A stretch of 64,000 nt of DNA from an uncultured Methanosarcinaceae archaeon. Lineage in GTDB: Archaea; Halobacteriota; Methanosarcinia; Methanosarcinales; Methanosarcinaceae. The notes under the pieces were generated by a model. The model saw only the letters and a list, made by a program, of their open reading frames with translations, made no database searches and was not told the DNA's origin. The stretch spans positions 98,883-162,882 of the forward strand of contig CAVRJG010000033.1 of assembly GCA_963721455.1 (NCBI GenBank). Direction: 5' to 3'. Of the stretch, positions 1 to 10,066 are shown in pieces; within the stretch, counting starts at the first letter, position 1, and every line of letters starts with the position of its first letter. Position numbers and translations under genes: made by a program.

Positions 1-1
1 C

Positions 2-1093
2 AACAATGTCCAGAAAGAATTCACCCTCGGTACAGGCAGAGAGGCAGTAAATGTCAGGAAGAGAAGTGTCGGGGACAAGAGAAAGCCCATCGTCCAGGGC
101 GGTCCTACAGGTTCTCCGATTTCCGAAGATGTGTTTATGCCTGTTCACATGAGCTATGCTCTGGAAAAGGAAGTCGACACGATTGTAGACGGTGTCATGA
201 CCTCAGTCCGCGGGAAACCCCCTATACCCGGCAGCCCCTATGAAGTTCTTGCCGCAAAGACCGAAACCCGCCTGATTAAGCAGGCATGCGCAATGGCAGG
301 CCGCCCGGGCATGGGCATATAGGGCCCGGAGACTTCCCTGTCTGCTCAGGGAAATATATCCTCTGACTGCGTTGGCGGCCAGATAAGCTCGGACAGCCAC
401 GAAGTCTCCCAGCTAAATGAGCTCAAGATTGACCTCGATGCAATCGCAGTTATCGCCCACTACAAAGGAAACAGCGATATCATTATGGACGAGCAGATGC
501 CGATTTTCGGAGGATATGCTGGAGGAATTGAGGAAACCACAATCGTTGACATTGCAACCCACATCAACTCCATTGTCATGAGCAGCGCAAGCTGGCACCT
601 TGACGGTCCTGTCCACATCCGCTGGGGATCAACCAATACCAGAGAAACTCTCATAATTGCAGGCTGGGCATGTGCAACAATTTCCGAGTTCACAGACATT
701 CTCTCAGGAAACCAGTACTACCCATGTGCGGGTCCCTGTACTGAGATGTGCCTCCTCGAGGCTTCAGCCCAGTCCATCACTGACACGGCATCAGGCAGAG
801 AAATCCTCTCAGGTGTCGCAGCCGCAAAAGGTGTCGTAACCGACAAGACCACAGGTATGGAAGCCAGGATGATGGGAGAAGTGGCAAGGGCAACTGCAGG
901 TGTGGAAATCTCAGAGATAAACGTGATTCTCGATAAGCTTGTAGCCCTCTACGAGAAGAATTACGCAAGCGCCCCTGCAGGAAAGACTTTCCAGGAGTGT
1001 TACAACGTAAAGACAGTAACCCCAACTGACGAATACATGCAGGTCTACGACGGAGCAAGGAAGAAGCTCGAAGACCTGGGACTTGTATTCTAA
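2..1093 (+). CDS. mtmB: Monomethylamine:corrinoid methyltransferase MtmB (5' truncated by window edge), in-frame UAG read as pyrrolysine
   Basis: ORFs 131-322 and 485-1093 share one frame, separated only by TAG at 320-322 in the context AGRPGMGI-O-GPETSL, the MtmB Pyl motif; the frame is open from base 2. Confidence 0.97.
323..400 (+). promoter_or_regulatory. PYLIS-type structured element downstream of the mtmB amber codon
   Basis: Hairpin TTCCCTG-tctgct-CAGGGAA just 3' of the in-frame TAG, the position described for the mtmB PYLIS; boundaries approximate. Confidence 0.6.
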
Positions 1094-1135
1094 GTCGAAA
1101 GTCCAAAGCCTGAAGTTTATATTGAAGGAACCGAG

Positions 1136-1168
1136 GCCAGCGAGTATACTCGCTGGCTAATTTTTTTT
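1136..1168 (+). terminator. Terminator-like hairpin after mtmB
   Basis: Perfect 22-bp palindrome GCCAGCGAGTATACTCGCTGGC followed by a T8 run. Confidence 0.7.
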
Positions 1169-1282
1169 GAAAAAACTCAGGCGAAACTATTATAAATATA
1201 TCTTGCGAATTCTGCGGAAATTTTTCACATATAGGTGAACGTATATAAAAATTCAGGATATATAAAAAATGGGGATATTAAA

Positions 1283-1387
1283 ATGGATATCTGGACTTTA
1301 ATAAACGGACTGATATATCTCCTGGCTTTCGGATTGATGGGCTGGGTCTTATTGGATGCCAGTAAGGTTTCAAAAAGAAGGGGTTGA
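1283..1387 (+). CDS. Small single-pass membrane protein (34 aa) directly upstream of mtmP
   Basis: Hand translation MDIWTLINGLIYLLAFGLMGWVLLDASKVSKRRG*; GGGGA upstream, TATA-like TATATAAAAA near 1259, hydrophobic helix plus basic tail, ends 6 nt before the mtmP ATG. Confidence 0.65.
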   Translation: MDIWTLINGLIYLLAFGLMGWVLLDASKVSKRRG

Positions 1388-1393
1388 GATGGC

Positions 1394-2797
1394 ATGTCTG
1401 AACATGAGTCTTCCAGCTTAGTGAAAACTCTAAGGCCTTTCCATGTATGGGCTCTCGGAGTCGGCATCGTGCTGGTCGGTGAATATATGGGCTGGAACTT
1501 TACCGTTGCAAAAGGAGGAGTTCTGGGTTCCCTGCTTGCCATGCTGGTTGCAGGAACCATGTATGTCATAATCTCTCTCTGCGCCAGTGAACTTGGATCA
1601 GCAACCAAACTTGCAGGAGGACCCTACGACTGGGCAAGATTATTTATCGGTCCCGGGGCAGCTGCCAGTGTAGGGCTTGCAGTCTATATGGAATATATTG
1701 CCCTTGAAGCGGCAGATGCCATTGTTGTCGCATTCATTGCACAGAGCATCTTCCCGGAGCTACAGGTTTTTCCTGTGACACTGCTTGTCATTGCACTTTT
1801 AACCTTCATTAATTATCGGGGCGTTGTTGCGGCTTTAACTCTGAATTTTGTCCTGACCATGATAGCTTTCATTGCAATAGTGGTCTTCTTCTTCGCAACT
1901 GCCTTCGGAACAGTTAATATCCACCCTGAATACCTTTTGCAGGGAGCTCTGCCAAACGGCATGATAGGCCTCTTTGCTGCCTTGCAGTTCGGGCCGTGGT
2001 TCTATCTTGGAATAGAAGGGGCGGCGATGTGCGCTGAAGAGTGCAAGCATCCTTCAAGAGCAGTACCTCTAGGCCAGCAAGCCGGAATGATCACCCTGCT
2101 CATAGGAGCAGCAATGACCCTGTACCTTTGTGCAGTGTTGATCCCTGCGGATCTGCTCGGAGTTTCCGTGTATCCGCTCTTTGAGGCTGCACAGAACAGT
2201 GGTATTTTTATCTTTGTTGCCCTGCTCGGGCTCGGGACCTTCCTGACCTGCGTTGCCAGTGCAAACGGTTGCGTCTGTGACTCCTCACGCTCCTGGTTTG
2301 CCCTCTCCAGAGACAATTACGTGTCTTCCTGGTTTTCGGCAGTGCACCCAAGATATAACACTCCATACAGGGCTGTGATCTTCACGGTGCCTGTTGCAAT
2401 CGGCTTTGCATTCAGTGGTTTCCTGGACCAGGTTATTACCTTCTCCATTATTTCGGGACTGCTCTGCTATGTGTTAATTCCATTCTCCCTGATCCGCTTC
2501 AGGAACCTCTTCCCGCAGACCACAAGCAGGGTCAGGCCTTTTGTGGGTCCTCTTCAGCCGTATATTGCTTACTTTGCAATTGCAATCGCAATTACGATTC
2601 TTTCAACGCTGTTCTGGGGCTACAAGTATAACCTGATCTTCGCCTTTGTGTTCTACGGCATTGCATACTTCTATTTCAGCCACAGGCACAAGAGTTCAAA
2701 CATAGAAAACAACTGGACTGAAATGGGCTGGCCCTTACCCGTGGGCTCGGAAAATGCAAGTATAGGAAAGGAGGCGAGGGGCATTGGAGACGAATAA
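1394..2797 (+). CDS. mtmP: APC-superfamily permease, putative monomethylamine permease
   Basis: About 12 TM segments, APC motifs (GIVLVGEY, YLGIEGAAMCAEE, HPRYNTPYRA); adjacent to mtmB. Confidence 0.88.
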   Translation: MSEHESSSLVKTLRPFHVWALGVGIVLVGEYMGWNFTVAKGGVLGSLLAMLVAGTMYVIISLCASELGSATKLAGGPYDWARLFIGPGAAASVGLAVYMEYIALEAADAIVVAFIAQSIFPELQVFPVTLLVIALLTFINYRGVVAALTLNFVLTMIAFIAIVVFFFATAFGTVNIHPEYLLQGALPNGMIGLFAALQFGPWFYLGIEGAAMCAEECKHPSRAVPLGQQAGMITLLIGAAMTLYLCAVLIPADLLGVSVYPLFEAAQNSGIFIFVALLGLGTFLTCVASANGCVCDSSRSWFALSRDNYVSSWFSAVHPRYNTPYRAVIFTVPVAIGFAFSGFLDQVITFSIISGLLCYVLIPFSLIRFRNLFPQTTSRVRPFVGPLQPYIAYFAIAIAITILSTLFWGYKYNLIFAFVFYGIAYFYFSHRHKSSNIENNWTEMGWPLPVGSENASIGKEARGIGDE

Positions 2798-3053
2798 CCA
2801 GGCAATGAAAAGCAAATATCATCGCAAACTTAACGGAGATACAGTTCTCGTTGTAGGCATGCTTGCCCTGCTGGTAAGCGTGGAAGGATTTATAATATAC
2901 AAGATCCTTGCCGAAACGTGGGAGATTGCTGGAAACTTCTTCTACCTCTACGTGATTTTCGTAGGCCTGATCATTGTAATTGAGACAATCGGATGCCTGA
3001 GTGTGAGAGAGTCCATCAAAAACCATATGTTCGAGTTCAAATACTACGACTGA
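2784..3053 (+). CDS. Small two-TM membrane protein
   Basis: Overlaps the mtmP stop, GGAGG upstream of the TTG start, two hydrophobic segments. Confidence 0.7.
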   Translation: METNNQAMKSKYHRKLNGDTVLVVGMLALLVSVEGFIIYKILAETWEIAGNFFYLYVIFVGLIIVIETIGCLSVRESIKNHMFEFKYYD

Positions 3054-3068
3054 GGAGGCAGAAGAACA

Positions 3069-3305
3069 ATGACAGAAAAGAGCACCATTACAGAGGTCTT
3101 TGATATTGTGTTTATCTTCGTGCTGGCCTTTGCCTGTGTGGTTATTCCCACAGTGCTCCAGGGAGCTGTATTAGTTTCCTGGGGAGAAGGAGGGGCAGGG
3201 ATAGGCTTTGTCTGGGACCCGGTAGGTTTCTTCAGTTTCTTGCTGGTAATAATTGCTTTCTTCGTTGTGATTCTCTATCACTCGGTAAAGCACTACAAAT
3301 ACTGA
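3069..3305 (+). CDS. Small two-TM membrane protein
   Basis: GAGGAGG RBS, two hydrophobic segments, co-directional with mtmP. Confidence 0.75.
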   Translation: MTEKSTITEVFDIVFIFVLAFACVVIPTVLQGAVLVSWGEGGAGIGFVWDPVGFFSFLLVIIAFFVVILYHSVKHYKY

Positions 3306-3347
3306 AAGAAATTGAAAAAAAATTAAAAAAAGGTTTGATCGAATGCC

Positions 3348-3383
3348 TGCCTGAAGGAGAATTTCAGGCAGACAATTTTTTTT
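3348..3383 (+). terminator. Terminator-like hairpin ending the mtmP unit
   Basis: TGCCTGAA...TTCAGGCA inverted repeat followed by a T run. Confidence 0.55.
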
Positions 3384-3850
3384 AAATGCAGGCAGAATGT
3401 TACCTTTTTCAAACGGAGGTTATAATTCTATTCTGCCTTATGAGCATGATCTCCCTGAAAAGAGGGAGTTATTCAGGGAGCAATGGAGGTATTTTCGTGG
3501 ATTTTTCAAAAAGGCCCGAATCCGGCTTCTGCTCCAGGAAGTCCAGGCTCTGAACCATCTTCAGAAAGTATAAGCACATCACTACGGATGTATCCTGAAA
3601 TCCAGGTCCTTACCTTGCTTAGAAAGTATACCAGAGCCCCTTAACTCCTGAGAAGCCTGAGTTTCTGACCTATTTACAATAAAAGATAAAAGCTAATCAT
3701 ATATATAATTTATGGCGTTAATTTCATTTAAAAGGATATAGTATATATATTTTTTTATTTGTAGAGAACCCCAAATAGAAGTATTTATATAAAAGAGTTA
3801 AGAAGCGCAGTAAATCAAAAAAGATAGGAAGGATTCAGACGTATAAAAAA

Positions 3851-4885
3851 TTAAGAGAAAGTAGAGATTAGTTTTTCGAGCTGGATTCTCTCATTAGCAG
3901 CATCTTTAAGGCAAGCATCGGTTTCGGAAATTTTCACGACAAGACGAGCAATATATGCATCAGTTTCCCCTGAGTCTGCGAGGGCTTCGGAAAGCCCTTC
4001 AAGAATCTCAACCCCTAACAGCCCTTTTTCAACTATCATCTCGTCGATAAGCTGCCTCCCTTGGAAAAAATCCCCTGCAAGAGCCGCATAAAGCAGTTTA
4101 TCCATAGTTTCATCCCTGCCTTTCATAGTAGCTTGATATACCATCTCTTCAGTAATGACCGCACCATTTGCCAGCAAGGAAACAATCTGCAGAGTATGGA
4201 CAGCTCTTGCAACATTCCCTTTCGCAAAATAAAGGATCGCATCAAATGCACCCTCCGAAAATTTCAAATTTTCAGCACAGCCAATTTTCCCAAGATAGGC
4301 TTTCAGAAGAGAGTCAGGAACATATGTGAAAAAAATTTGAAGGCCCCTTGAGCGGAGCGGAGCGATAAGTTTGGAAGGTTTGGTGGTTGAAAGGATAAAC
4401 CTGCATGTTGCACTGTACTTTTCCATAATTCGCCTGAGAGCGTGTTGTGCGTCTGAACTCAGGGACTCGGCATTATCGATGTAGATTAACTTGTAATCGG
4501 CGTCAATTGAAGCCATTCCAGAATACTCATTGATAATTTCCTTAAAGATGTCGATTACACTTTTATAGATTTTCTTAGGGTCGTCGGTACCCAGAAAACG
4601 CACAAAACGCTTATCCCGGACAAGATAGCGCTTCCCCTGGTCAAAAAAATCCGAAGCATTGAAATATGCAAAATTGTTTTTCCATGTACTGCCATAGAGC
4701 TGCCTGGCAAGGGCAAGGGCAGCTGTCGTTTTTCCGGAATTTACAGGGCCGTATAAAATGAGGTGAGGCAGGGTCCCTGACTTTGCCAGTTCGGAAAGCG
4801 TGGTTATGGCATGTTTGTTTCCAAGCATTTCTTCCAGGGTACCTGCCCTGTATTTCAAAGTCCAGAGATCCTGCATTGATTCCAC
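3851..4885 (-). CDS. Replication factor C small subunit, divergent paralog (RFCS2-like)
   Basis: N-terminal WTLKYR, Walker A GPVNSGKT, AQHALRRIMEKYS, SRC-like LRSRG. Confidence 0.85.
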   Translation of the reverse strand: MESMQDLWTLKYRAGTLEEMLGNKHAITTLSELAKSGTLPHLILYGPVNSGKTTAALALARQLYGSTWKNNFAYFNASDFFDQGKRYLVRDKRFVRFLGTDDPKKIYKSVIDIFKEIINEYSGMASIDADYKLIYIDNAESLSSDAQHALRRIMEKYSATCRFILSTTKPSKLIAPLRSRGLQIFFTYVPDSLLKAYLGKIGCAENLKFSEGAFDAILYFAKGNVARAVHTLQIVSLLANGAVITEEMVYQATMKGRDETMDKLLYAALAGDFFQGRQLIDEMIVEKGLLGVEILEGLSEALADSGETDAYIARLVVKISETDACLKDAANERIQLEKLISTFS

Positions 4886-4950
4886 CTTGTTTTTAGCTTT
4901 TGAACACCAATCAATATCATGGAACTTTATTTTTCTTTTTCCCTCAAGAC

Positions 4951-6651
4951 TTACTCAGTCATACCTACGTTTTCACTTTCATCTACATGAAGAAGTTCCT
5001 TGATTACTACACCGTAAACAGGTCTTGCAATAACCACACCTATGAAGACACCAATGATAGTGGTAATTGCAAAGCCCTTCAAAGAGCCAAAGCCCATTAC
5101 GACCAGGGGAGCCATTGCAATAACCGTTGTGGCAGCCGCTCCAAAGATAATGGAGAAAGCTTTTCCTATCCGGGAAACGAAAACCTTCGTTGGAGGAAGT
5201 TTGCCTTCGTAAAGCACCTCATCTGTGATGATTACAAGGTGGTCAATCCCGGTACCTATTGCAGCAATAATACCTGCAATAGATGCCAGGTCAAGCTGCC
5301 AGCCTATAAGTGATGCAACTCCAAGGATCATAATAACTTCACTGGTGGAAGTCCCGACCATGGGTATTAGGATTTCACGTCTCCTGTACCTGAAGAAAAC
5401 CACGGCTGCTACTGCAATCAGGGATATCAGGCCTGTAATCATGGATGCGGTTTTGAACTGCGATCCGAGACCTGCGTCCACATGTCCTGAGCCTACAAGC
5501 TCTACATTGACTGGAAGAGCCCCTGCCCTGAGATGAACCTGAAGTGCAGCCGCTTCGGCTTTGGCAGCTTCATCAGTGCCTGTGGAAGCTTCCCAGGAAT
5601 ATATAGGGCCTTCTCGCAGTTTGGAAGCGGCAGACGGACTCAAAGGAGCTCCATAAATCTCAACTTCATCCAGGTACATCATCATATAATGGGCGTCCGG
5701 GTTGTCAATTGCCCCGGTTTCGAGTGCAACTTTCTGGAGTGTCCGGGCCCCTTCTTCATTTAGGGTAAAGGGAGTGTGCCACTGTTCATCGTGGAAGCTT
5801 GGAATTCCGACACCTACGATGGAATCCCCGTAAATTACATGTTCAGTTTCATTCCCGGTGGTCTGGATCCGGATCTCAAACTTTCCCGGTTTTTCGGCAA
5901 TTTCCTTGGCAGTTGCCAGGTCAATACCTGCAAAATCAATCAGAATATAGTCGTCCCCTACAGTCCTGACAGGAATATCTTTCAGACCCATAGAATTGAG
6001 CTTATCATTAAGAATGTCCCTTGTCAGGTCTCTGGTTTCACTGCTGACTCCTTCTTTGTAAGTTGAAGTCCCATCTTCATTCTTGTGGATCGAACCTCCA
6101 ACCTTTTCCAGTAGAGTCTCAAGCTGTTCTTCAGTGACTGCAGTCCTGATTTCGTAGATCATTCCGTCCGGAATACTCATGGGAACTATTTCTGCATCAA
6201 GGGCTTTTGAGAGGTAAGCCTGGATGAGAGCCTCTTTACTGGTAGAGGAGATAGTTACCTGAGTTGTGTTCCCACTCAGCTTGTCCACACTTACCGTGCC
6301 CAGAGACTCAAGTTGGGAGGCACTGACCGGAGCGGATGTCGTAAACGTGATAGATTTATCGGCAGAGCCGCCGACGTCAAGGCCATTTTTTGTGATCTCA
6401 ATAGGAGCCCCTATTATAGGCTCGACAATTCCGCTGACCAGCTTTCCGGAATCTGCATCTATCTGGGCAAGCGCTCCCTCCAGTTTGATCTGGAGCCAGG
6501 ACCCGCCTTCCAGGTCAAGCCCGAAGTTCAGGTTCGAAGTTACCCCTTCTCCGGCAGTATAACCCGGGTGGATAGCAACTATAGAGCCAAGAAGGATCAG
6601 AGTGAAGATAATGACCCTTACATTTTTAAAAAGGCTTTTTTTATCGCTCAT
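4951..6651 (-). CDS. secD: Protein translocase subunit SecD
   Basis: LNFGLDLEGGS, LRAGALP, IGTGID and LKGFAITT motifs; coupled to secF. Confidence 0.95.
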   Translation of the reverse strand: MSDKKSLFKNVRVIIFTLILLGSIVAIHPGYTAGEGVTSNLNFGLDLEGGSWLQIKLEGALAQIDADSGKLVSGIVEPIIGAPIEITKNGLDVGGSADKSITFTTSAPVSASQLESLGTVSVDKLSGNTTQVTISSTSKEALIQAYLSKALDAEIVPMSIPDGMIYEIRTAVTEEQLETLLEKVGGSIHKNEDGTSTYKEGVSSETRDLTRDILNDKLNSMGLKDIPVRTVGDDYILIDFAGIDLATAKEIAEKPGKFEIRIQTTGNETEHVIYGDSIVGVGIPSFHDEQWHTPFTLNEEGARTLQKVALETGAIDNPDAHYMMMYLDEVEIYGAPLSPSAASKLREGPIYSWEASTGTDEAAKAEAAALQVHLRAGALPVNVELVGSGHVDAGLGSQFKTASMITGLISLIAVAAVVFFRYRRREILIPMVGTSTSEVIMILGVASLIGWQLDLASIAGIIAAIGTGIDHLVIITDEVLYEGKLPPTKVFVSRIGKAFSIIFGAAATTVIAMAPLVVMGFGSLKGFAITTIIGVFIGVVIARPVYGVVIKELLHVDESENVGMTE

Positions 6652-7553
6652 CTGTTATACCTCCCTCTGAATTCGGGTTTCATCACATACCATCGTAGAA
6701 TTCCCGTATTCAGGAGCCAGGTATTCATAATATCTGCAAAAAGCCCTGCAATCAACACGATTGAGATCTGCGAAAGCAGAGTAATCTGTGTGAATGAGGG
6801 AATGATCAGATAGGAGAAAGTCGAGACTATGTACATGACCGCAAGCGCTGCAAGGGTTGTGGTGGTCATGGTAATACCTGTCTGCATAGCCCGGGAGACC
6901 TTTACTTCTACCGCGCCTCGGCGTTTAATTACCCTATTTGTGAGCAAAATGTCACTATCCACAGAATAACCGATAAGCATAAGCAGAGCGGCAAGTGTTC
7001 CCAGGGAAAGCTCTATCCCTGCAACTCTCATGAAAGCAGCTGCAATTATGATGTCCGAAAAGGCAGAAAGTATCACTGCAAAGGAAGGTATGAAACTCCG
7101 GAAGAGCAGAAATACCACAATTGCCATCCCTATAAAAGAAATGACAAGGGCCTGAAGAGCCTGTACCTGCAGCTCCTTGCCGTAGATGGGCCCGACCTGC
7201 CTGATCTCCACATTCGAATAGCGGCTCATAACATCCTTTTCAAGCTGACGCTGCTGCTCATCGTCCATGACCCCGAACTGCATGATAACCCTACTTCCGG
7301 TCTGCCGGGCATCTGTGATGGGGTAAGAAGAATATATATTTTCAAGCACAGCAGGAGAGTCAGTCGTTTCTACCGAAATCTGGGTACCACCCTGAAATTC
7401 CATTCCCAGGATTACCGGCGACCCGCTGCTTACAAAGGAAACCAGCAGTACTACTAAAGAAACTGCGAGTACTGCAAGAGGAATTGCCAGCAACTGGCGA
7501 TTATCGTGATTTTTCACGAAATTATCTAAAAGTTCGGTCAAACCTGTTGCCAT
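6648..7553 (-). CDS. secF: Protein translocase subunit SecF
   Basis: GMEFQGGT, VGPIYG and IGYSVDSDI motifs. Confidence 0.95.
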   Translation of the reverse strand: MATGLTELLDNFVKNHDNRQLLAIPLAVLAVSLVVLLVSFVSSGSPVILGMEFQGGTQISVETTDSPAVLENIYSSYPITDARQTGSRVIMQFGVMDDEQQRQLEKDVMSRYSNVEIRQVGPIYGKELQVQALQALVISFIGMAIVVFLLFRSFIPSFAVILSAFSDIIIAAAFMRVAGIELSLGTLAALLMLIGYSVDSDILLTNRVIKRRGAVEVKVSRAMQTGITMTTTTLAALAVMYIVSTFSYLIIPSFTQITLLSQISIVLIAGLFADIMNTWLLNTGILRWYVMKPEFRGRYNR

Positions 7554-7619
7554 AATTTAATACTCCGATGCATGCATCTATTTATTTTTTTATCGAACTT
7601 ATCCGAACAACTTTTCACA

Positions 7620-7961
7620 TCCGGATGTGTAATCCGGATGTGTAATTCAGATGTGTAATTCAGAAACATCGAGATTTATAATGAGATTATAAATTAGATT
7701 TGTTTGAGAATTATGAACTTACTCTGAATCCAATTCAGATTAAGGTTCTGGAGGATAATGTCCTGGATAGATCAATAATATACGTAAATCAATAATATAC
7801 GTAAATCAATATTATAAATAAGTTAATTCTTTTTTAATCCTGTATTCTCACAGAATATATCAATTCTTCCTCGAAAATAATATAAGTAAATAAATATTGT
7901 AAATAAGTTAATTCTTTTTTAATTCTTTATTCTCACAGAATATATCAATTCTTCCTCGAAA
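7620..7961. repeat. Intergenic short tandem repeats plus an ~69-bp direct duplication
   Basis: 13-bp (CCGGATGTGTAAT-like) x3, 17-bp ATCAATAATATACGTAA x2, and 7808-7876 repeated at 7893-7961. Confidence 0.8.
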
Positions 7962-8072
7962 GGTAATTCTTCTCTATACACCGTTAATTCATTCCACTTA
8001 AAATTAACTCTTAAAAATGGTACAAGTTCTAACGTCACAGCTATATATACCTCTTACTGTTCATTAAAAATA

Positions 8073-8552
8073 ATGACAGATAGACCTTCCCTTGACGAAT
8101 ATTTCCTTGAAATCGCCTTCGTGGTAGGCAAACGGGCTACCTGCCTCCGAAACAATGTCGGGGCTGTGATCGTCCGGGATAAACGTATTCTCTCAACCGG
8201 ATACAACGGGGCACCCAGCGGCATGGAACACTGCCTTGAAATCGGGTGTATCAGAGATCTGGAGAAGATCCCTTCAGGCACCAGGCACGAAAAGTGCAGG
8301 GCAGTGCATGCGGAACAGAACGCCATTATCCAGGCCGCAATCCATGGAGTGAGCATATCAGGGGCAACCATCTATTGTACACACCAGCCCTGTATTCTCT
8401 GCACGAAAATGATTATCAACTCAAATATCAAAAGAGTTGTATATGCAACTCCCTATCCTGATACGGATTCGCTTAACTTTTTCAGGGATGCAGGTGTGGA
8501 AGTGGAATATATACCTTTTGAACTGAAAAGCGGAACTTACGGCAAAATATAA
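8073..8552 (+). CDS. dCMP deaminase family protein
   Basis: TGYNG, HAEQNA and PCxxC zinc-deaminase motifs. Confidence 0.92.
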   Translation: MTDRPSLDEYFLEIAFVVGKRATCLRNNVGAVIVRDKRILSTGYNGAPSGMEHCLEIGCIRDLEKIPSGTRHEKCRAVHAEQNAIIQAAIHGVSISGATIYCTHQPCILCTKMIINSNIKRVVYATPYPDTDSLNFFRDAGVEVEYIPFELKSGTYGKI

Positions 8553-8810
8553 ACCTGCCGGATTTAACAGATGTCCTGCACTTACCCTTGCAGAGAAGCG
8601 CTCTATAAGAGAATTCAAATGATATAATTAATTTTATGATTTCTTTATGCAAGAAGACTTAAAAACACGTTTTGAGTATACTATATCCAAAACTGAATAT
8701 GAAATAAGCGATATAGAAGCTGAACGTGACTACATTTCATCCACGCAAGACTCCGTCCGGTACTTGGATAAGCTATATGAATTTATGGAACAGGGATAAG
8801 AGGTGGAATA

Positions 8811-9134
8811 ATGTCTGAAGAATTAAAAGCCAGGACACTAAGAGTAGAAGATTTGGTTGAATATCAAAACGGAGCCGTTGTAAGCAGAGAAATTATCCGT
8901 AAAGGCACGGGAACCGTGACCATATTTGCCTTCGACAAAGGAGAAGGACTGAGCGAACACACTGCCCCCTTCGATGCCATGGTTCAGGTAATCGATGGAA
9001 AGGCAGAAATCACTATTTCTGGCAATAAAAATGTTCTAGAGAAGGGGGACATGATCATAATGCCTGCCAGCTACCCACACGCACTCCATGCAATGGAAAG
9101 GTTCAAAATGATTCTAACCATGATCCGCTCGTAA
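8811..9134 (+). CDS. Cupin domain protein
   Basis: LSEHTAPFDA and MPASYPHAL cupin motifs. Confidence 0.88.
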   Translation: MSEELKARTLRVEDLVEYQNGAVVSREIIRKGTGTVTIFAFDKGEGLSEHTAPFDAMVQVIDGKAEITISGNKNVLEKGDMIIMPASYPHALHAMERFKMILTMIRS

Positions 9135-9301
9135 TACTATTAAGTTCCACTTAAAGTTGGAAGTTCCACTTAAAGTTGGGGGAGATTATTTTTTAGGAAG
9201 GATTGAACCATCCCATATTCGCAAAATTCCTTAAAATAGAAGTTTCGGAGATCTCGTTTTTAAACCAATACCCGTGTTCTGAAGCTCATATCTTCTTTAA
9301 T

Positions 9302-10066
9302 TCAACTCTTTTTTTGCAGGCAGCGAAGCCCTTTTTTAATAATGTCCTGTTCTTCAGGGCGGTAAGTTTCTTTTATAGAAATATCTTCTTCACAGTAGTG
9401 ATCAAGCCCGCGGATCACAACCGCAGGAATTCCACCTGCCCCTTCCCCCATCAGAAGATTTGCGGCACCTGCAAGTTCATCGGCAACTGCCTCTTCCGTA
9501 ATCTCAAGGATTTTTCCGAACAGGTCTTTTTCCCCAATCCAGCGCTTTACAGGTTTTATTTTGTAAATTCCTATGGCGGCACCGGTTTGTCCGATCTTGA
9601 AAGCCCTCCCGTTTGTATCCGTAACAATGACACTTAATTTTTTCCCGCTGAGCATTTCAAGCTCTTTCCCGAGCCTTGAAGCACTGATATCCGGATTTTC
9701 CGGAGGGTAAAGCAAAAATCCATCTTCGATATTTGACTCGTCTACTCCTGCGTTTACACAGGTATGTCCTGCAAGAGTTGTCACAAGCATAAAAGGCCTC
9801 TCTACAAGGACTTCCCTGCTCCTGGAAAGTACAGCCTGGATAAATCTGGCATCTTTTCCGCTCCGGGCTGCGATCTCAAGTGCCGTCTTCCCTGGAGTGA
9901 TATCTTCGAGCCTGAAGGTCTCCCCTTCAGCTTTAGCAACAACGGTCGAGGCAACGATAACAATGTCCCTGTCCTGAAGTTCGATATTCATATAGATAAT
10001 TGAGGGCAGGTCATCCCCGGGATGTATAAGGGGAATATTTTCAACGGCTATGGCTTCGAATTTCAA
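9302..10066 (-). CDS. cofE: Coenzyme F420-0:L-glutamate ligase
   Basis: VVAKAEG, NAGVDESN, VTDTNGRAF and DELAGAANLLMGEG motifs. Confidence 0.93.
   Translation of the reverse strand: MKFEAIAVENIPLIHPGDDLPSIIYMNIELQDRDIVIVASTVVAKAEGETFRLEDITPGKTALEIAARSGKDARFIQAVLSRSREVLVERPFMLVTTLAGHTCVNAGVDESNIEDGFLLYPPENPDISASRLGKELEMLSGKKLSVIVTDTNGRAFKIGQTGAAIGIYKIKPVKRWIGEKDLFGKILEITEEAVADELAGAANLLMGEGAGGIPAVVIRGLDHYCEEDISIKETYRPEEQDIIKKGLRCLQKKS

Noticed and set aside
131-1093. Two separate genes or an mtmB pseudogene
   Set aside because: Single gene with a pyrrolysine UAG
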